Program-made: the position numbers and the translations under genes
From: Aplysia californica
Taxonomy: Eukaryota
Assembly: GCF_000002075.1 (NCBI RefSeq)
Contig: NW_004798101.1
Coordinates: 62,001-126,000 of the forward strand
Direction of reading: 5' to 3'
DNA length: 64,000 bases
Part shown: piece by piece, positions 27,501 to 42,900 of the stretch
How the letters are laid out: each line of letters starts with the position of its first letter
Position numbering within the stretch: the stretch's first letter is position 1
The notes under the pieces: generated by a model
The model's input: only the letters and a program-made list of their open reading frames with translations
Databases searched by the model: none
What the model was told of the DNA's origin: nothing

Positions 27501-30500
27501 CTACATGCCACTTTCATGTAGGATATAAACAAAAGAATTTTTTGTTGAGATTGTCAGCAACCAATAAGGAAATGTATTTCCATATAAAATCCTTTACCAC
27601 ACCCTCTCTCTTATACAAAAATTCATTTCACCATAATCAAGATGAAAAAGCATTTAAAAAAGAGGACTTTGAAGCAAGCAATAAATTAATGAATCATTAA
27701 AGCAGTGTAGTCGGAGCATTCAAGTCAAACGGAAAAAATTTAGGATGTGAGTATTACTGTCCACAGTTTTGTTGTCCATGAGAGGCTAGAAAGAGATCCC
27801 ACAACAAAATAACTGAACATAAGTTCAACTGTAGCCATATAGTTCAGTTAAACGGAAACCAAAATTGAAAAGGAGCCAGTTCTGAGTTTGCAATATTAAC
27901 AGTGTGTACATATTTTGACAAGATATGATTCTAAATGAGAGCTGGGCCAGTTTTGAGCTGCTTCATGAGTTGACATTTAGGGAACTTGTTACCAGTGACA
28001 GCTTAAAATTAACAACATGTAAATAAGTAACATAGTTTGAAAATAATAATGGATAGGTAAGCAAGAGGCTGAGACGAGGCACCTTACCCTGCATGCAGCA
28101 GTTCTCTTCCCCTCCTTCAGGACTGGCAAGCTCACTCATGTAGCCTCGAGTGAAGGAAAAGCCATTATTCTCCGTGGGAGTCTTGGTTGGAGACATGCGA
28201 AGAGCCATGGTGCTGGTCTCAAACACCAACTTCCCTGCATGTAGTAGGCTTTGACCAAAACCAGGATCACTGCCATCTTTGCAGACCTGTAGCATGAAAT
28301 GGAAAGGATCACTGTTACAATATATGATGCAGAACTTAAAGCATAGATTCACTGTTCAAAATAATCCTTTATTAAAGCTCTTTCTTCATGACAGTAACAT
28401 ATCACTATGACAACTGCCAGTTTTCACGAAGTTAGATCATTGTGAAACAGAAAAGAAGTTCAGAACAAACAAAAGAATAATTATAACAAATTACACTGAC
28501 AAAAGAGCAATCAAAGAGAGGGAAAGAAGGGCAAGCATCATACAATGCAGCATGGTGAAAGAGCCATGTTTATACCCTCTTTGCTGAATTAATAGGCAAT
28601 ATCTTAACATATATACATGTAATGGAATAATAGAAATTGTATCCAAACCTGGGGTACTGCCACATGGCTTCCCTCTCTGTGCCGTTTCAGCTTAAAAAAT
28701 GTGAGCCCATTTTTGTTTTTGCCGAAGAACACGCATCCACCAAGACAACCACATTTGCCGATAACTGCAGGGGGAGGTGCGGAGAACAGGTCAGCCTCCT
28801 GCCATAGGAACCACAAACGTTTGGTCTTGTTGTCGTGGAGCCGAAGAAATCTGTCCTGGTTCTGTCGAGACAACAAAATTCAGTTCAGACTTTAAAAAAT
28901 AGTGATCGAAATACGACACCGGTCACTACTCTGTGCCCGTCATGTTTTCTTTAGAGATTAAAAAACTGTGACACTTTCCCAGGAAGGATGTATGCTTCCC
29001 GTCACAATAGTAACAGTTAACATGGTCAAAATTCATATCCTAGAAACCATCTCAATCAAATCTATGTTATGAAAACCTCAAATGTTTACAAGATGCTACT
29101 CTCAATGCTTCTCTCTTATTGAAATTGAGTCACTGAAAATACTGATTTTCTTTGATCATGACTGAATGATACCTTGCTATTTTGCAATGGCAATTTATGA
29201 GACTCAATGATCTTGAAACAACACAAATGAATGAATCCATAATCATTTAAAGAAGTTAGTGCCATTAAAGCTATACGGAAAAAAAAGAGATATAAAAAAG
29301 AATGTGCAAACTTACTTGTATTCAAGAATTAGTGCTTATTTTTTTTAGGAGGATAGGTAGCCTATAAAATATGATATTGATGAAATGGATTCTGAGAAGA
29401 TATTGTTATTTTTAGAGAATGATAAGCTATAATAAAAAATGAAGCTGAACCCTTATTACCTCAGACCATTCTTTCTAAAGCAGGACCAGTAACATGTTAT
29501 CTTATCCTATCCGACTCGGTGTTTATATTTATTTGTACACCCCTTTTTGAGATAAAAGATTTTTTAGGACTTACTCATACAATCACTTCCATATCTTATC
29601 TTATACAAACCTGATATATTACTATTCGTGAAAACAGGTAGCCATAGTGTATGTAGATGATTACCATATCCACTTCACATCATCATTGGCAAAATTGTCA
29701 CTACCATCATCACCACTGCAGTTTGCATAATACTTGTTATCATGTCTCTATCCTTTATCAGCCTCTCCTCAGTCATAGCGAAATTTTCTAGGAACAATTA
29801 AATACAACTAATTACAAATACACTTTAGTATTTCCATTGACCAATATCAGAGAATTGGTTCACCAAGACAGAGGGCAAAGAGAAAAATAATATCTGTCAA
29901 TATAGACAAAAAGGCCACATTCACTTTGAATCTTCATGTAGGGGGGGTTTCAAACAAACAAAACATCCCATCACACAATTCAACATTCTAAGAGCATCAT
30001 CCAAAAACATGTCTTTTTCAGTACAACAAAAATCCAGCTGCACCCACCTGATAGAGCTGTGGGTGAGCTAGGGCCATGGCGGCCTCCAACATGACTGGGC
30101 CCATGCTCAGTCCACCAGCCTCTAGCCAGTTGTGCAGGTTGTTGCCCGGGGAGGTACAGGACACATACTGCTTCAGCTCCACTTTCTCAATCATGCCAGT
30201 GATGCCAGCTCGCGTGCTGGGGCCATGCAGGTTGCAGTGTGCAAGACGCACAGGGTGAACCTGAAAGAAAAGGAGACAGTGGGGGGGGGGGGGGAATTGC
30301 TGAATGAATATAATACTTTTTAGGGGTCTTCTTCAGACATTGATCCCTGTCTGTTCTATGACAAAGACTACAGTCTTTCCCTGGGTTCTCTTGGTGGCCA
30401 ACAGTTTGTCCCTTAGCTCAGTACTTATGGACTTCTTTGGTAATGCTGAACATTGAAAGACAAGCAGTACAGGAGGAAATGATAAAGACTCCTTTGCAGC

Positions 30501-30948
30501 AATTACCCCACCCCTGAGTAAAAGTGCCAACACTATATATATATATATATATATAAACATGTGAGGCATCATGGTGAAATCAGGCGCTCATCAAAATAAT
30601 AAAATCGAAAAAACAGGCATTTTTCTGCCAGTTTGGCAATTTTTATTGAATTTTTGTTTTTTGGCTCAACACCTTTACTGTCCGTATAAAAAATATGTAA
30701 TTTTTCAGTTTTCAACAACTCTCAAGCTATTGAAGTTACAGAGGTTTTGAGGCCATTTTCTCAGTAATTTTACCACTGAAACCAGGCGACCCCACCTTCT
30801 TCAATCGTAAATATCTCGACTTCAGTACAAGATACAGGGTATTTTTTTTTCATTGAAAGGACTGCAAATGAATAAGCTTTTAGATGATACCAATAACTCC
30901 ACATAACCAAAAATTGACGATCGTCTGATTCTACTGCTCATGACACAT

Positions 30949-30980
<32 letters not shown>

Positions 30981-33900
30981 GACAGCCATATGTGCCTAAA
31001 AGGATACAGAGCTGTATTGCCCCTAAGGGAATGAGATAGACTGAATTTAGCTAGACAACCAAGGGATTAAGATAAAATGAAGTAGTGTGATTTTTCTGTA
31101 AATATTGAAATGGGACTACAAATAAGCCCCATAAACTTTTCAAAAATATTTATGGATCACTAAGACTTATGTGGAATGAAACTACAAGACCAGATGGAGG
31201 ATAAAAACCCAAAATCCACACAATTGATTTATTTATTCATAAATTTTGAACTTCTAAACTTCTGGCAACAGGATAAATCCAAGTAATTTCTAAATGTTTA
31301 ATAGGGACAAAACTGAGCCAGTACAACCACAACAAACTATGAAACTACTTCCTTTAACATCAGGCTCTCCTTCTTTAACAAAAGGATTTAGTGCTTTTTC
31401 TTTCCACCAACGAAACCCACATGCAGAGTACAACCCAAAATGCAGTGGAAGTTTTTACTTTTATAGAAGTCTCACTATTAGACCAATTCAACTAGTATCT
31501 TAGGTCAGTTCCCTTAATGATTCACAAGAACTACACATTATTCTTTGTCTATCCCATACTTCCACCACATGACCTCAGAGGTAGTAAACTGCGGGTACTT
31601 TAACCCATAAGGCAACTGATTTTTACATACAGGGGATATTTGCTACGTATATGTAATAACCTTCACCTTTCCGCCATATTTTTGCGATATTATCTAAAGT
31701 TACTTTCACTTTCAATAGTTGTTTTTTAAAATTCTGAATAGGGTTTAATTTAGAATTTTGCTCAGGCATCCAGCGGCAACAAGCCAACTATTTTTCAATG
31801 TGCCTTTACAGTGCCCGACAAGCATAAAGGATCTCCTTATCCGATAAGACCGGGCGACCTATCCCATCTATTCTAAGATCAAAGGAATGAAAAACTTAAG
31901 AGACATAACCACTTGCCATATCCACATAAACATGGAACCAAACCTCTTACTTTCATATCATGGGCAATATTTGACATCTGCAAGCACCCATACCTGCACA
32001 TTCAAAGCAGACCCTGATTCCACCAAGAAAATGTTGAGGAAGTCCAAAGACACGCGAGTCATTTGGTACTTGACATCTTCTGAAGACGGGCACAGAAAGG
32101 GGAGTTTCTTGGAATCGTAGCACTCCTCCTGAGAGATCATATGCTGACATCGGTTGAAAGGGAGTGTTGTCTGGAGCTTGTTTTCTGCATTCTCAATTGT
32201 CATGATGAAGCTCTGAAGGAATTCTGCTATATTTTGGAGCTGTGAAAAAAAAAGTAAAGACGTGATAAAAAAACTTAAGCAAATGGATTATAAAAATACT
32301 TCTAATTCAACCAGTTCAAAATTGCACTGGATAGTTTTAGAAACTGGGCAATTTTAGTATTTAGTAGCATTTTTAAAATCCAATATACAAAAATACTACA
32401 ATTTCAGTACAGCAGTCTCTGGTAAGATCCTACCACTTATGACCCCTGTTTGCTTAAGGGAAGGTACGGGTCTTCAAAATACGATGTTTGGGTCAAAATA
32501 TCAATTTTTTAAACTTTTTACATTTTCAGGTACCTGAATATGTTAGGAACCAATACCCTCTGACTTCCATTAGAAAATTTTTTTTTTAAATCGGATCAGG
32601 TTTATTTCCTTGAGGGTAGCCTACCTTCCTCAAAGTAGGGCCCATTTTTTTTCATGAAATGAGCCCCAAATGAGCTCATAATTAGATGGTGATGACAACG
32701 TGTCTCCACGTGACCCTAACATGTTTAGTATCGTTGTAACCACAAGCTTCTCCTCTTCCAAACCGAAAAACAATATTGAGTGATGTGTTTCTGGCAGTTT
32801 AGTTATGAAGCAGGACACATGACGCCCCATTTTGTAAATCTTAGTTTGTTTTGAACAAAATGAATCCCCGGTACTAAAAATAGTGACCATGACGTCAATA
32901 TTCAGTCAGAGATTGCCGCGCGGTAGGGAATCTTCAACAGTTTTTTTATGATCATCGCTACCATTTTCTTTCGATTAGATCTCTCAAAGCGGACTCCTTA
33001 CCAAGAGGCNNNNNNNNNNNNNNNNNNNNNNNNNNNNNNNNNNNNNNNNNNNNNNNNNNNNNNNNNNNNNNNNNNNNNNNNNNNNNNNNNNNNNNNNNNN
33101 NNNNNNNNNNNNNNNNNNNNNNNNNNNNNNNNNNNNNNNNNNNNNNNNNNNNNNNNNNNNNNNGGTGCTATTGCAAACATATAATTAGGTAGCATAAAAA
33201 GGGAACGTAAGCTGACTTGTGGCCCTCCAAGCGCTTGGTTTCGGTAAAATGGGGGTAATTCAGATCTCTGTTTCTTTGTTCTTTTGCTATAAAACACCAA
33301 ATGCTGAACATTTTGAAAAAGTTCAGACTTTCTTCATTACAATAGAGTAAGTTGTTTGTATATCCGATTATTTCGAGCTAGAGAATTGCCGTGGAAAGGG
33401 AAGCCCTTCGCTGTCGGAATGCGAGGTCGCCCGGTTCAAAATGGACACCCATGCATTTGAATGCTTTGCAGAAAGATTGATGATTAGATACCGTCTTTTA
33501 ATTGGCTGAGAACTATACAGCTTTGAGCGTGGTTTCCCATGGTTATTATTTTTGGCCTTTGGCGTTTGGATAGAAAACCTTGAAAAAAAGTGTTTAAGTT
33601 TTCAAAGATCATTTTTAACACGAAAAGTGTAAAATACCGGTTAAAAAAGGTACCAATAGAAAGAACAGTTCTTTTTCTATTAGAATAAAGTCATCGGCTT
33701 GGAATTATTTTACATGAATCCTTCCGCGAAACTCTGGGGAGCACTCAGTATACTACAGTAGGCTATAGAGCCGACTCACTCACCTCGGGGTACAATGCGG
33801 CCCTGGCCGAGACAAAGTTCGGCATTTTTATTGAAATAACGACAGATCATTGTGTTTGAGGTAATAAAATACTGATTTGTAATGATCTCACAGTCTTGAA

Positions 33901-36900
33901 CAAAATTAGGCTTCATTTCTTTATCATAATGATTGTACTCTGTTAATGTAGAGATGTTTGGTGCACTTAGTACTCTTTAATTATCTGTCAATCATGGGGT
34001 TGCAGCCAGTTAGCGACATCAGCAATATTATGTTAAATTGAAACAGTTGCCATTCTCTTAAACATTGACTGAGAGGTAAAAGTATGGTACCAAAATTCTC
34101 CGGAGACACAGGCCTTTCATATGAAACAGATGAAAATGTAGTATCTGGTACATAGTATATTTTGCTGCATTTGACGTGAAGTCCATTCTCGTGAAAATTT
34201 TGTTTTGTTTGTAAGTTTTTTCTCTGTAAATGAATAGTTTTCTACTTCTGTATGTCACATTGTAGTGGCATAGCCAAGATAACTGCTACATTTCAAGTCT
34301 CTATCTCAATTCTAAGACCCCCATTGCTCTGGAAACATGTTGCTCAACTTCGGAGGCCATTTTCTCCATTTCGTGTTTCCTCACCTCGCACAATTAAAAG
34401 TTCTGTATTTTCGTTAAATAAGGTCATATTTACTTCATTCTTGTTTTAAATTGTAGGGAAAAGGTGACAGTTTTTGAAAATAATATTAACTCAGTTTTGA
34501 AATTTCCTTTATATGACTGATATTGACCGGCAGGGACACAAATAAGTACAAGGTGCATAGCCAAAAATCAAGATCATTTATGTTCCACCTATTATGATGT
34601 ATTTATAGATGATTCATCTTTTTTTGCACAAAGAAAAATAGGAATCTAAACTCTGAATTGCAGAAAAGAAGCATCACAACAGTACATACCTGAGGTGTGC
34701 TCAGTTTGCCGGTTAATTCTCCAACAATCACTTCAATCAACCACCCGTACTCCAGAGTTTCACTCTCTAAGGGGAGCCCCTCCAGAGAGAACATGGCATG
34801 ACCTCTGACCTGTAACCCAGACAGGGCCAGATGACCATCGCGTAAATGCTCTTGCTCAGAGCCTCTCTGAGGAGGGGACAAAGAAGAAAAATGTTACCAA
34901 GGCATAATAAATTTCTCTTTTATCATACTTGAACATCCTATGACATCCTAAACTGTGTGAACCTGTGGAGGAGAACCAAACCACAACCAACTGACGGTTA
35001 GGTAAAACAAAAAAAAATGGCAATAGATTGGACGTATGCTTAAGGAGTCAGCCCAAAATGCAACAACACAAAACCTAAGACGGAGCCCCCTGGAGAGGAG
35101 AAAAAGAGGAAGATCCAGATCCACCTGGGAATGAGATCTGGGAGCAAATCTCAGGTATATGGGACAAAACTTCCTAAAGGTGGAAAAAGACCGCCGAGAA
35201 CAGAGACATATGAAGCGTCCTTCTTGGCAGTCCATACCCAATACAATGGTAAAAAAGGTTGATGATGATGTTGTGAACCTGTGTGCATATAAACAGATTA
35301 AAGTATCCACAACCATGTGAGTTCAGTACGAAAGCCATGAAAAAGCAATGCCTCCAAATTAATTTTCTTCAACTATCACAGAAGAGGGGGAATCATGATT
35401 GGTTTAGGGATAGAAACGATGAAAAAAGGTTCAGAAACATTGAACATTCATAGCTAGAGACAGTAAATTATGAATCTAAAATCATACAATAGAAACAGAG
35501 AGGTCTTACCTCCAGATGATCCTTTGCCAGCAGGACACATGGTGACAGCAACAACTGTAACTTTGTCTCTTTGAAAGACTTGTCCAGCTCAAAGCACAGG
35601 CGCTCAACATGGGCACTCGGACATGGCAAATTATCCCGTGAACAGTTCTGTCAATTGCAGAAAAACGACAAAAGCAGGAAACATTACACATTAAAATATT
35701 CTGTGTTCGAATAAAAACAACATACCATTGAAACTTACACTTGTGAATATAAACCGCATTCTGCCCTGTTGATCTACAACATGTCCTGAAAACCAGCTGC
35801 TCTGAGCTGTATTAACATACAAAGTGCATCATATTTTAGTCCTATGATTATGGCCAACTAATCAAAGTGGACAGCCCTTTTGGCAGCCTATACCCAACAT
35901 CAGGGTGAAAGAGGCAGATGATGATAATGAAATCACTCTGGAACATCCATCAAACACCACCCACACATCACATACAAAAATAGAAAAACTTGTTATCATG
36001 AAAAAAGACTCCAAAAGTCTTTGAACATTTCAGATTTCTGAAATTCAAGAAAAGTTGTGAATTTGGAACCTCTATGGAATATATGGTCCTTACCTTGGCT
36101 AAGTGAGCCTGTATGTCATGGAGTGTGACTGACACAGTCACTGAGAACGGTCTGTACTTCCTGGCATCAAAGGCAATTTCTTCGTCATCTGGCTTCTCTA
36201 CATGTACATAACTCGCTTCCATATCTTTCATCTTACTTGGACTCTCTTTGAAATCTGTTGCCTTTTGATACTCCCCCAAGTAGTTTTCCTGTGGAAAAAC
36301 AATAGTTATTAAGAAATATTCAGAAGAAAAATGGAGAATCAAACTTTCCTATGTATTGTTAAAAGCTAAAAGCATTTAACCAAATTTCAAGCCACAAAGG
36401 GTATGACCACAGAGTAGCTGGAACCTTTCTATTGTACCAATGTTTTTAGCAGGGTTTTTTTTTTAACTTAGCAAGCGACTGCAGGTACCTGAAATTATTT
36501 CTAGTTTGTACACTGATCTCAGTGGTAAGTGAAACAGAGGACTAACTCTTCTTAAAAAAAGGACCCCAAAAAATATAAGAAGTGTGAACACATTAAAGCT
36601 ATCGTTACTGTGTAAAGTAAAAAAAGAGCAGGCCCTATCAGGCCAACTGCCCTATTCAAATTCAGTAATATTCACAACCTAAAACTAAACAAAACCAAGT
36701 CACTTTTGTGACCAGGAGCATATTTCACACGGCACCTGACTGCCTGAAGAGCAATGCCCACTTAATCCTAGAAAGAAAAAAAAATGTGCCGGACATGCAA
36801 AAATCAGTCTCACAGTGGGTTGAACAACCTTGGAAGTAGGAGGGGAATAACACAGATGAAAGTACAGAGACTAAAAAAAGGAGGCAAACAGAAAATAAGA

Positions 36901-39900
36901 TTCTCACTTATACAATTTATATGTCATGTAACTCTGACCTTGAGATGTAACAGGTTACGTAGAAGTGAACCATACAGCACAAGAACTGACGGAGCGACTT
37001 CCAGCTCCACCTGTATCAGATCAGGCTCCATATTGCCAGGGTCAAAGGGCGCCTCCATCCCATCATTACTACCACAGCCGCTGGTCCCGCCGCCTTGCTG
37101 TGTGTCTGTGGAGCAGCCCGGGTCCTCGGACCGCGAAGGATTCAGGTACAGCAGTTCTTCCTCCAGCACTGGTGCCGAGATGCTGTGGTGGGCGCCGCGT
37201 TCTACAGAGGACTGAGACAGCAGGAGCGGCATAGGGAAGTACACGTAGGTGATGGTCAGGAACACATACGGCGTCGACCAGCAATCCACCCAACCATTGC
37301 TGAGATGACAGAAAGAGAACGTTACATGAAATAAAACTATATGGAATAAATAACATAAAACTGGACAGTACACCTCGTGATGGCCAGGACAATGTCAACA
37401 TCCAACCAGGGAGAGGATTAGCAGACATAACATAGACTGACTTCCCATAACAACTGGCTACAATACACCTCCAACACTGAGAAAAAGTCACAAACGCTTT
37501 AAATACATTCATCAGTACCCTGGCCTTTATACCAACCTATTGTATTTCTCAACATCCTATATGGCCAGTAACCTGACCCAGCATCTTTCTCCACACCCTG
37601 ATCCGTAAAGCGCCCCAGGGCCTACTTTTCCAGCATACCAAACGTCTGGTTTACCACGCCAGTGAGTATTTCTCAGCATCTCATTAGGCCGACACACCTG
37701 AGGTACACTGCTTGCGCATAGTCCAGGGATGAGGTTTTGGAAAACATCAAGGTCCAAGGTTCAATGAGCTAAGTAGCTTCTCACCTCTTCAGAGTGACAT
37801 TCCTCCACTGCTTCTCATCTGTGGCTCCAAATGGTTTCCCCGTGTCGTTTCCCTCCTTGTCCACAACCCGCATGTTCTCTGACATGGCAATGAGAGCATG
37901 TCTTATGGTGTTGCTCTCTGGCAGATACAGCCGACAGTACGCTGTCTCTCCCTGGTACAGACAAAGGCACAGCATGAGTTAAAGGTTTCAGTTTACACCA
38001 CAATCCACACATCTAAGTCATATAAGAGCCAGAAAGTAGACATTGATGAAAGCAACAAAAACAAAAACAAAAACTTACTTTTGAGACATAATCATTTCGG
38101 ATCTCGTTCTAGCTAATAGCTAATATTCTCAGTTAATAGCCATCCTATAGCCAATAAGGACACCAGCTACACAGAAAATAAGAAGTAGTAGACCCCATCG
38201 GAGCCCCCATCAACAACCCACCACAGACACAAAACACTTATTGCAGAGTTTTTCTTTAAAGCTGTGTCTCACAGTTACAACAAATTCTTAGAAAAGATAA
38301 AGATATAAGATAATGATAAAAGATAAGAAAAAATCTGAAAAGATAAGAAAACAGTTCTTTTGACACGGAAATTAGCCTATGATGGTAAGGAACCACAAAG
38401 ACAGCTTTCATGGCTAACAATAATATGACAGCTGTACTTGAAAGATCTTGTTATTTAGTGCCAGCAACTATATCATAAATTCATAACAAAAATCAAGGCT
38501 CAGCACTAAATAAAAATAACTTTACAGTGATGCATGACAAATAGTAAATTCAGTGCACATGATTGATACAATAATCTAAGCATAAAGAGATTGCAAAAGA
38601 AAGGGAGTATGCTACAGGCTACCACATCAAAACTATTAAGTGGCTTACGACCTACAATAATCACTTGAAAAATGACAATGTACAGCATGAAATATCCACA
38701 AGGAAAATTCGATTTAGTTTACAAGGTGGTTGCCATAGAACACTGTTCAGTGATTAACCCTCACTTTGAAGGATCACATAATCAAATACAGACATCCTAA
38801 TGTTGCATACCTTGATGACCAAAGGTACGGCTACCTTCACAGGCATGAAGTCTGAGAAGTCAAAAGTCACACACAAGTCCAACAGTTCTCCACAAAAAGC
38901 AACATGAGCTGAAAATATAAAGAATTATATTTATAGACACAAAAGATGAAACAAATGAAACCAGTTTTGCTCTGTACCTGCATTAGAACAGTTAAAAATA
39001 AGCCCTTTCCTGTTCAACAAAGCAGAAACTGACTGAAAAAAAACTAATGCAGCAATGGTAGCCTCATCTATGAAATAAATTAAAAAAAACTGACATTAAG
39101 GGGGCTCGATGCTTACGGGACAACATTTTTAACTAAAGACAAACTGAAACAACTTTTTCATGGAAGCAAAAAGTGGTGAAAAGGGGTGTTTCGAGAAAAA
39201 CAAGGTTAAACATAAAAAATGTTAGTACACAACGTAGAACTCAATAAAATTGAATTCTGTTAATGTTAATCATTCAGCGACTAGTGTCAATAAAATCTAG
39301 ACTGAAAGAGGGATCAGAAAATACCAACAATAAAAAGTGCTCAAAGTGAGAGAAAATTAGTCCCCGAGGCCCTAGACCCGACCCGCGAGCCCCCTTAAGC
39401 TGTTTCATTTCAAGAGAGGCGAAGTGTGTTAGAATTGGCATCAGCAGTCACAATATACTAATACTTCTACTGCATGAAAGAGAATGTGAAGAGAATGTTG
39501 CTAAGTGTGCAAGAAGTTGAAAAACTGAATGGCCATGGCTGGTGAAAGAAAGCATACATCGATAGGGCAGTTATCTCACTTTTTGTTAGTTGATTTCTGT
39601 GGCGTCGGTGGCCTAGTGGTTAGGCTCTCGGACTCGCAACCGTAAGGTCGAGGGTCCGAATCCCGTCATGGGCCCGACGTTGTGTCCTTGGGAAAGGCAC
39701 TTTGCATAAATTTTCCTCACTTCACCCAGGTGGAAATGGGTACCCGGCTATAGACAGTTAACGATCTTGTCAGTTTGATAGTGTTTGAGCGCGTGAAATC
39801 CGCAGCTTGCACTGTATGCTTCCGCGGAAGCTGAGAATTTTTCTGAGTGTTCTCAATTATTATTATTATTATTATTTCTGCTCGTATAAAATGAATCTTT

Positions 39901-42900
39901 CCTAGTTTTTATGCATGACATTCTCACACGCCAAGGAACTCTGGTTGTTTTATGATTTTGACAGCTCTTTTAGTCCTCCAAGCATCAGTGGTCAATGAAA
40001 TTGGACTCAAGTTTCGTTCTGTGGTGTAGCAGCTAATTTAATCAGCCATAATATAAGTTGCTATTTTGATTCATCTCATTTTTTTATATCACCAAAATTT
40101 TAACTCCTTCAAAAAGGAACTCGACTTGTTATTTCTATTCTACGTTTTGAAAATGTATATATTTATCCCCTTTACTTGCTTGGTTTGCCAGTTCTCGAAC
40201 ATTTTCCAACGTAATATGGTGAAAAATATATCATTTCCCCTTACATTAAAGACTACTTGTTACCAACACTTGAAGGGTAAACAGTATCTAGGAAAAACTC
40301 CTTGTCTCTCTGTTAACTTGGTGACTCTCTGTCTCTCTTTCCCCCAACTCTGTGATGTCAAACCAAACCAAGGCTCACCATTTTCCTGATGCTGAGACGA
40401 GGTGTCCACCCAGTTGTTCTCGTTAGCCATGGTGAGAATCTCAAACTGTTTGATGATGAGGGTCAAAGTCCAGGTGTACGGGATAAAAGTGTAAATATCA
40501 GGGGCAGCTTTGCTTGACCAGTCATCTATCAAATCTGAAAGGAACAAAAGAGAAAAAATGGACCACACATAATTATCACATCACTCCATTATCTATCGAA
40601 ACAACAATTTTAGGGTGTGCCAAACTTTTAAAAGATTTTCATTCAATAAACCGGGACTAGAGATATTTTTTTTCAAACTACACTAAACCATCATTACCAT
40701 CATAATTGTTTAAAAAGCAGAGTAGGAGGGAGAGGCTTGCTTGATTTACAGACAAAAAATATAAATATACAAAATAAAACATCATCATCATCATTATCAT
40801 CATCAATATCATCATAGTGTCATTCTTCGAGACTCGGGTGTAAACGACATATTGAGCTCCACATTCTTATCTTCCAAGTAAACAGCAGCCAGGTCACCCC
40901 TCCCAAAGAAACATTGCAAAATTAGTGTGCCATAAAATCAGTGTCACCAAAAAGAGTAGTTAATGAAATAGAAAGCAGATTACACACATTTTGTTTTTGA
41001 ATGATTATGTGCTGTAAGAGTAAACAAATCCATTTAAGAGCTGAATTGATTTCAATAAAACTTAGTCAATGTGATGAATTGGGTGCCAAATAACCTTCAC
41101 AGTTACAGGATGGATAACAACAATAACAACATTCTTGGACAAATGAATGGTTTAGTTCGAGAAACCCATATGCCACATTTTTCTTAAATCTTTTTTTTTT
41201 ACTTTCCCATGGCAGCAGATTCTTCTCTGTCAGATATTTTTTTAATGTGAAGATGGGATTGTAATAACTTTTTTCCGGTCCAATCCTCACATCGAAATGA
41301 TATGTGACTGAGAAAGATCAACCGCCAAAGAAGAGCAAATAAAGTAGATTTTAGACAAATGTGGTATTTGAGTTTCTTAAACTGAACCCTCAAAATGTAC
41401 CTACAGACTTACCGGAGAAAAATGGCTTGAGATCAAAGATTAGATAAGTGACTGCCTTACAAGCTGTTAGGTCCAGGTACCACTCCTGGCATGCATTCCA
41501 TTCTCTCGGGTAGCCCACACTCAGGTCAAACTGAAACAGTTACACAGCAATATGAAGGACCGATGGTTGAGATCAGCTCCTTCTACTTCTTTAGCGCTAC
41601 AATTATCCCATTCTGTTCCGGCCTGAAAGCAGCTGACATAATGCTAATTTGACATATACTACAAATTAAATAAACTCATCAACATGCACAAACTAAATTG
41701 GTATTGTACTTTAAAATCCTCTTTTCTACATATTCCTGTTGTTCTAGAGGAAGGATCCACTTCTTAACACTCATCAATTCCAACTTATTTGTTTGTCCGA
41801 TATTGTTTCAAGGCACATCATGACTAAAATGATCTTTCAGGATGTTGAGGAAATAGAAGAGTAGATAGAAATGTTTAAGAACAAATGTTTAAAAAGTATC
41901 AAGCCGTAACCGCCTTTAACCTTTGACCATAACAAAGCTTAGAGGGGGCCGGGGAGTGACTTGAAGTGAATAACTCAAGACAGAATTTAAAAAGAATGAG
42001 AATCAGAAAAAAAAGCGTACATTTTATTTACAAGTTGATATATTTGAACATACAGCTGATCACCTACAAACTGGGATAGATGTTACTACATCGGCATAGA
42101 CAGCAAGGAGCAAGTGTGACACGGGTATATGAGTACCTGCTTACATGTGTGTATGTGTGCTTATTCTAAAAGAAAATTATGTGTGAGCATCTGCATATAG
42201 TGTGTTGGAAAAACAATGGATACAGAACAGGAGATGCAGCAGAAAAGGGATAGAGAAAAAAAAATCAATTCAAACTTGTAAACAAGATTAGCAAAGCAGG
42301 GACAAAAAACAGCAATACATTTCTGTAAAGAGGTTACTTTTACCTCTAAAGTCTCACACTCGATCAGTGACCTGAAGGACATGCTGGTGGTAACATCAAC
42401 CAACATAAGCTGACCTTTGACCTTTGTAACATAACCATTCTCTTCAATTATCCATGGAATGGTCACTTCCACATATGATCCTTTCCCTGCATTCATGTGG
42501 ATGGCTTGTGTCATCTACAAAAGAATCAGAGAAAGGATTGAGTTAAAACTAATTTATCATGTAACTCCTAAATCATAGGAAGAAAATAGTACAGCTTAGG
42601 TAAATAAAATAAAGGTACCATTAGTTTTCACAGAATCTATGGTGCTCTATATATTAATATTTTCACAGTGTCAGCTCCTTCTTCTGTAACATGAAGATTG
42701 TCCTTCTCTTTTCCAAATCAGTACACTTCCAAAGCTGTGAATGGTAACAAAACACTGCAATCAACACAGCGTCTAAAGGACATGAAAAATATTATGCTGA
42801 ACAGATAATGGCCTTTCAATATAGAACCTAGATGTTAAAATGCACAAAGCAAGTATTTTAGAATAAAAAATGAACCTTTCACAAAAGAGAGATTAAACAG

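Noticed and set aside
32452-33830. Probable DNA-transposon remnants (also about 10982-11560 and 61490-62400)
   Set aside because: CpG-richer and TE-like, but I could not pair termini or TSDs, so they are not annotated.
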